The position numbers and the translations under genes were made by a program. DNA of 20,000 nt from an uncultured virus (IMG/VR IMGVR_UViG_3300031687_001200). Its lineage: Duplodnaviria > Heunggongvirae > Uroviricota > Caudoviricetes. The notes below the pieces were generated by a model. That model worked only from the letters and a program-made list of their open reading frames with translations. It was not told the DNA's origin and did no database searches. The stretch lies in the IMG/VR virus record IMGVR_UViG_3300031687_001200. One strand, written 5' to 3'. This document shows, one piece after another, positions 16,106-20,000 of this stretch (the first letter of the stretch is position 1; the number at the start of each line of letters is the position of its first letter).

Positions 16106-16660
16106 ATGAAGAATTTAATTTTAATCCCATTACTACTAGTTAGTACCGTTGCATTTGCTGGTCAATCAGCAGAGATGGAAGTGATCGATGTGCAGGAGTT
16201 TTATACTAAAACTAATGTAAGTGTCCCAACTGAAGTCAATGAGCAACAATGTTATAACCAGGACAGATATGCTAACAATGGTAGACGTCCTAACAGCAGA
16301 GGACTGCTTGAATACGGAGTTAACGGTGGATTTGGTTCTACTGGTGGTCTAATTGGTACAGCGACTGGAGTTGCTATTATCGATGAGCTTGGTGGTAACG
16401 ATGCCGCTAAAATACTTGGTGGACTACTTGGTAACAAGATTGGTAACGATATCTCAGACAAGAAGAGACGTTCTAACCATAATAACAAGAACGGCGTACA
16501 TTGTGAGATGGTTACTAGAGTTGTGTATGTTAGACAACAACAAAACGTACTATCACATTACGTGGTAACAGTAACAGACGGCTACAACGAATATAACATT
16601 AATAGACAGGCGGCACCATTCATTGGCGAGACTATTAGAGTGAATGTTAGCGTTTGGTAA
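16106..16660 (+). CDS. Exported glycine-zipper protein (YcfJ-like)
   Basis: Signal peptide MKNLILIPLLLVSTVAFA, GGLIGTATGVAI...ILGGLLGNKIG glycine zipper flanked by two Cys, and a C-terminal Y.V...P.IGETIRV. Confidence 0.75.
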   Translation: MKNLILIPLLLVSTVAFAGQSAEMEVIDVQEFYTKTNVSVPTEVNEQQCYNQDRYANNGRRPNSRGLLEYGVNGGFGSTGGLIGTATGVAIIDELGGNDAAKILGGLLGNKIGNDISDKKRRSNHNNKNGVHCEMVTRVVYVRQQQNVLSHYVVTVTDGYNEYNINRQAAPFIGETIRVNVSVW

Positions 16661-16676
16661 GAGCAACATATAAACT

Positions 16677-16704
16677 AAAAAGCAACGTTATCGTTGCTTT
16701 TTTT
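16677..16704 (+). terminator. Rho-independent terminator (potentially bidirectional)
   Basis: AAAAAGCAACG-TTAT-CGTTGCTTTTTTT. Confidence 0.9.
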
Positions 16705-16718
16705 ATGGAAGAAAAAGG

Positions 16719-16747
16719 TTGACTTCTGCCAGGAAATCCGGTATAAT
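16719..16747 (+). promoter_or_regulatory. Sigma70-type early promoter, copy 3
   Basis: TTGACT-17 bp-TATAAT, followed by ATGTATATTAA as in copy 1. Confidence 0.9.
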
Positions 16748-16779
16748 ACATGTATATTAAATAAAACGTAGGAGTTTTT

Positions 16780-18099
16780 ATGAACCCATGGAATTACATA
16801 CAAAGACTAGAAGCTGATAACAGCTCACTAGCGAAGCAGGTTATCTTAGAAGAAGCTCTAACATATAATTGCTCAGAAGATCAGCAAGGAACGATGTCAA
16901 ACTATTCTGACAATGATTTTATTATGGGTGTCCAGTGGGCACTTGATCCGTTAGTTACATTTGGCGTTAAGCAAGTTCCTATTAGAGAAGGTGCTGATGG
17001 TGAAGGGCTTCCAATGAAAGAGTTTGAAGAGTTAGCAAGTCAATTGAAGCACAGAGTCCTTACTGGACATGCGGCTCGTGATGCTATTATCCAAGACATG
17101 GAAATGGCTACTAATGAGCAATGGAACGATTGGTACCGTAGAATACTAATCAAAGACCTTCGTTGTGGTACTGGTGCTAAACTTATTAATAAAGTAAAGA
17201 AAGATACGGTTCCAATGTTTGGATGTATGTTAGCACATGATGGTGCTAAACATCCTAAGAAGATTGCAGGCGAATGTTTTATCGAATTTAAGTATGATGG
17301 CGTAAGAGTTATTGCTATCGTAATTAATGGAGATGCTACATTGTATTCACGTAGCGGTAAGTTACTTGAAAACTTCCCTCATGTTAACGAAGCATTAAGT
17401 AAGCCTGAGTTTGAAGGACTAGTATTTGATGGTGAAGTGATGTCAGAAGACTTCCAAGCACTTATGAGACAAGTTCATCGTAAAAGTAATGCTCAGACAC
17501 AAGACAGTTACCTAGCAGTATTTGACATGTTAACCTTAGAAGAATTTGAAGCTAAAGGTACTGACATGAGTGCAAGGGATAGACGTGAGCGTCTAGTAGA
17601 GCTAAGTGGATCGTTTAACAGCACAATCCAGTTAGTAGAAGCAATGCTATTTGACTTAGACACTGACTTAGGTAAGGAAGAGTTTAAGACTGCAAACAAA
17701 GTAGCACTAGAACAAGGCTATGAAGGATTAATGATTAAGCCGGCGGACATGGGCTACAAATGTAGCAGAAGCCATGCATGGTTAAAGATTAAGCCGTTCA
17801 TTGAAGTTACTCTTAAAGTTACTGGACTCGAAGAAGGAACAGGCAAAAACGCAGGCATGACAGGTGCGTTGATAGTCGAAGGAACAGACGATGGCAAGTT
17901 CTTCCAACTCAATGTTGGTAGTGGACTTACAGATGATATGAGGAAAGACATTTGGGCAGTACAAGACGCAGTCGTTGGACAGCTAGTAGAGATTAGAGCT
18001 GATGCGGCAACACAAAGTCAAGACGCTGGTGACGTATGGAGCCTAAGGTTCCCACGTTTTAAAACATTCAGAGGATTCGCAGTTGGCGAAAAGCTATAA
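16780..18099 (+). CDS. ATP-dependent DNA ligase
   Basis: Motif I KYDGVR, FDGE, EGLMIK, WLKIKP and SLRFPRF, plus an N-terminal helical DNA-binding domain. Confidence 0.96.
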   Translation: MNPWNYIQRLEADNSSLAKQVILEEALTYNCSEDQQGTMSNYSDNDFIMGVQWALDPLVTFGVKQVPIREGADGEGLPMKEFEELASQLKHRVLTGHAARDAIIQDMEMATNEQWNDWYRRILIKDLRCGTGAKLINKVKKDTVPMFGCMLAHDGAKHPKKIAGECFIEFKYDGVRVIAIVINGDATLYSRSGKLLENFPHVNEALSKPEFEGLVFDGEVMSEDFQALMRQVHRKSNAQTQDSYLAVFDMLTLEEFEAKGTDMSARDRRERLVELSGSFNSTIQLVEAMLFDLDTDLGKEEFKTANKVALEQGYEGLMIKPADMGYKCSRSHAWLKIKPFIEVTLKVTGLEEGTGKNAGMTGALIVEGTDDGKFFQLNVGSGLTDDMRKDIWAVQDAVVGQLVEIRADAATQSQDAGDVWSLRFPRFKTFRGFAVGEKL

Positions 18100-18218
18100 T
18101 GGAATTGTTTTTATACGAAGCCGTTACTATGCAAATAAGCAAGGCTGAGGACAAGGATGCAGAAGAGAGACAAAAATTAAGTGACTGGATTAAAGGTCAG
18201 TTAGGATTTGGATCATGA
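18099..18218 (+). CDS. Small hypothetical protein (39 aa; missing from the ORF track)
   Basis: MELFLYEAVTMQISKAEDKDAEERQKLSDWIKGQLGFGS, with TAATG and ATGA coupling at the two ends. Confidence 0.55.
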   Translation: MELFLYEAVTMQISKAEDKDAEERQKLSDWIKGQLGFGS

Positions 18219-18583
18219 CTAAGAAGAACAAGATAGCAATGAGTAATGCCTTACAATTGGCATTAAAGATTACTGCAACCTGTTTTATATTCGTAGGACT
18301 TACATTAGCCCTAGGTATAAAGAACAATGCACACATTGAAATATACAGTTACCTAGCATTATTTGTAGGAACCTTCGTGTACATTATACACAGTTACAGA
18401 GCTAATGACCATATGGTATTATTACTCGCAGTAGCAGGGTTTACACTTACTGGTAACTTATTTCTAGACACTGAGACTGCTATGCTAATTGCAGACAACT
18501 ATGGCATTGCACTCAGTGAAGAACAGGGATTTTTCGGCAAGTACGGAAGTCTAATAGTTAGCGTATTGAAAGAGCTAGTGTAA
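18215..18583 (+). CDS. Small membrane protein with about 3 TM helices
   Basis: Three hydrophobic stretches; K..AT....VG and ND motifs shared with the next gene. Confidence 0.75.
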   Translation: MTKKNKIAMSNALQLALKITATCFIFVGLTLALGIKNNAHIEIYSYLALFVGTFVYIIHSYRANDHMVLLLAVAGFTLTGNLFLDTETAMLIADNYGIALSEEQGFFGKYGSLIVSVLKELV

Positions 18584-19032
18584 TGAAGAAAGACGGCACC
18601 AAAGAAGTTGAGCAGGTAGAGATAGCACCAAGCAAGTTGAATGAACGTGTAGAAGATCAGTTTGCTGGTAGCACAATGACCAAAGCAGGTAGACTTGCTA
18701 TGGAACTTAATGCTGAACGCAGACGACTCAAGCAAGAGTTAGCAGAGAGTTCTGCCTCTATGGAAGAGCTACAACTTGAAGTTGAAGACCTAAAACCTTC
18801 AACTCCCACAGGAACTGTAGACAGTTATGTTAAATGGATCGCTACTATACTAGGTGTAGTTGGCGTGTTTATCATGAGTGCTGGGTTTGGTACTGCTGGA
18901 CAGGTTTGTTACGCACTGGCGGCTTGTAGTTGGGTGTACGTTGGGCATTGTTGGAACGACAAAGCTATTATGATTGGTAGTGCTATTAGTGGCACCGCCG
19001 TGTTAATGAACTTAGTGGAGGTATTAGTATAA
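18583..19032 (+). CDS. Coiled-coil plus 3-TM membrane protein
   Basis: N-terminal heptad region, then VKWIATILGVVG...WVYVGHCWNDKAIM. Confidence 0.8.
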   Translation: MKKDGTKEVEQVEIAPSKLNERVEDQFAGSTMTKAGRLAMELNAERRRLKQELAESSASMEELQLEVEDLKPSTPTGTVDSYVKWIATILGVVGVFIMSAGFGTAGQVCYALAACSWVYVGHCWNDKAIMIGSAISGTAVLMNLVEVLV

Positions 19033-19364
19033 TGCAAAAGGTTACTATAGACGATATAGGCGGAGAGCTTATCAAAGACACAGAAGTGTACACACTCAAA
19101 GACAATAGACTATTAAACAAATTGGTGTTGAGCAGTACTCTACTTAGAGCTGGCAAGAACACAACAGGGCATAGGCATGTAGGACAGGAAGAGGTATATT
19201 ACTTCACAGAAGGCAAAGGCACGATGGAAGTTGACCACAGAGTATTTCCCATTACAGCAGGCGATATTATTTTAGTTGAAGATGGAGAGTTTCATAAGGT
19301 CTATAACACAGGACACTTGGGACTTAATTTTGTTTGTGTTTTTAATGGCGAAAGGAGTCACTAA
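19032..19364 (+). CDS. Cupin-domain protein
   Basis: GHRHVGQEEVYYF..G.G.M and GD...V..GEFH.V.N.G metal-binding motifs. Confidence 0.9.
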   Translation: MQKVTIDDIGGELIKDTEVYTLKDNRLLNKLVLSSTLLRAGKNTTGHRHVGQEEVYYFTEGKGTMEVDHRVFPITAGDIILVEDGEFHKVYNTGHLGLNFVCVFNGERSH

Positions 19365-19570
19365 TGAATTATTATGAATCAGTACCAGTTACCTGTGAAG
19401 ACAATGGCAGAGTTGTGGATGGAGAAGTTGTTAACTTTGCTCCCAAAGAGTATATGACCGTAGCCTTAAATGGAATGCAGTTAAGTATGCAATGGGATAG
19501 CAAATTACAAGAGTATAGAGCCGGCATGAGTGGATTAGACTTTAAAGCAGATGCTCCCAAACAATATTAA
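19364..19570 (+). CDS. Hypothetical protein
   Basis: AAGGAG RBS, TAATG coupling, 68 aa. Confidence 0.75.
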   Translation: MNYYESVPVTCEDNGRVVDGEVVNFAPKEYMTVALNGMQLSMQWDSKLQEYRAGMSGLDFKADAPKQY

Positions 19571-19654
19571 TGCGTAGCCTATACAATTGTAGCATAGTAG
19601 CACAAATATGTTTCTTAGTAGTTTTAATCAGTATAGTTAGCAAAGGATAACCAA

Positions 19655-19843
19655 ATGCACACCAACATAAACAATAACAAACGTAAAGCTCGTCAAGTTG
19701 CAGGCTTACTTAATAAAAAGAATATCAGAGTGCCCGTTAGCACCGTTACCCACACAACGGCTGAAGTTGCCAAGCATTTCTTAGAGTGGCGTAAACAAAA
19801 ACAGAATAAAACATTAATTGGGCATAATAATCCTCCCAATTAA
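19655..19843 (+). CDS. Small basic hypothetical protein
   Basis: AAGGA RBS; K/R-rich; ends IGHNNPPN. Confidence 0.55.
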   Translation: MHTNINNNKRKARQVAGLLNKKNIRVPVSTVTHTTAEVAKHFLEWRKQKQNKTLIGHNNPPN

Positions 19844-19937
19844 TTTAATTAATCTATTTAATTAAACATAATTAACAGTATGAAAGCATTTATTATATAT
19901 TCAATAATATGGCTCATTATGGTTAACTGCATATAAT

Positions 19938-20000
19938 ATGACCACTGAACTAGCAAAGCTGAATAATGGGGAACTGGTATACGGAACTCATGGGGAAGTA
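19938..20000 (+). CDS. Hypothetical protein, 3'-truncated by the window edge
   Basis: ATG 19938 is open to the end (MTTELAKLNNGELVYGTHGEV). Confidence 0.4.
   Translation, partial: MTTELAKLNNGELVYGTHGEV

Noticed and set aside
15212..16760. Repeated ~35-bp sequence as a CRISPR array or att sites
   Set aside because: Copies are 680-820 bp apart, separated by whole genes, and match -35/-10 promoter consensus.
424..19560. Short minus-strand and nested ORFs in the track (e.g. 424-663, 4871-5197, 7787-8155, 10386-10667, 14483-14701, 17508-17964)
   Set aside because: They are shadows of well-supported genes on the other strand or frame, with no RBS or recognisable motifs. The Cys/Trp repeats of 14483-14701 simply mirror the MPTDMP repeat.
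19570..19936. Tiny hydrophobic ORFs 19570-19650 (26 aa) and 19880-19936 (18 aa)
   Set aside because: They are too short and lack clear RBSs. They are possible but unsupported.
1..20000. Cellular (bacterial chromosome) origin suggested by cspA, groES, folE, galE and grxD
   Set aside because: T4-type RNase H, ATP-dependent ligase, groES without groEL, many small unknown ORFs and phage-style promoters indicate a phage genome.
1..20000. Stop-codon reassignment, introns or inteins, tRNA genes
   Set aside because: Known genes are full length in the standard code, no splicing-element motifs were seen, and no intergenic gap showed a cloverleaf or T-loop pattern by eye.

Overview
This window is a gene-dense, AT-rich, almost entirely plus-strand segment of a large tailed dsDNA phage, with distant T4/jumbo-phage character: a T4-type RNase H/5'-3' exonuclease, an ATP-dependent DNA ligase, a lone GroES, TAAATA-type late promoter motifs and repeated sigma70 early promoters. 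The left third (0.8-7.0 kb) is a 7-deazaguanine biosynthesis neighbourhood. It encodes FolE, a QueE with a split Cys motif and a QueD-paralogous T-fold protein carrying the LxxxHRHxF (DpdL-type) signature, interleaved with a GT-B glycosyltransferase, a GalE-type epimerase and a purine phosphoribosyltransferase. No canonical QueD, QueC or DpdA lies in the window. This combination is the best candidate for an undescribed system, either glycosylated deazaguanine or nucleotide-level deazaguanine modification. The middle holds replication and redox genes plus FkbM, 2OG-Fe(II) and SGNH-like tailoring enzymes. The right part holds one antisense acidic repeat protein, an early-gene region built from three near-identical promoter cassettes, the ligase, a tandem pair of related 3-TM proteins and a cupin. 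All family assignments come from motif recognition by eye; no database searches were run.
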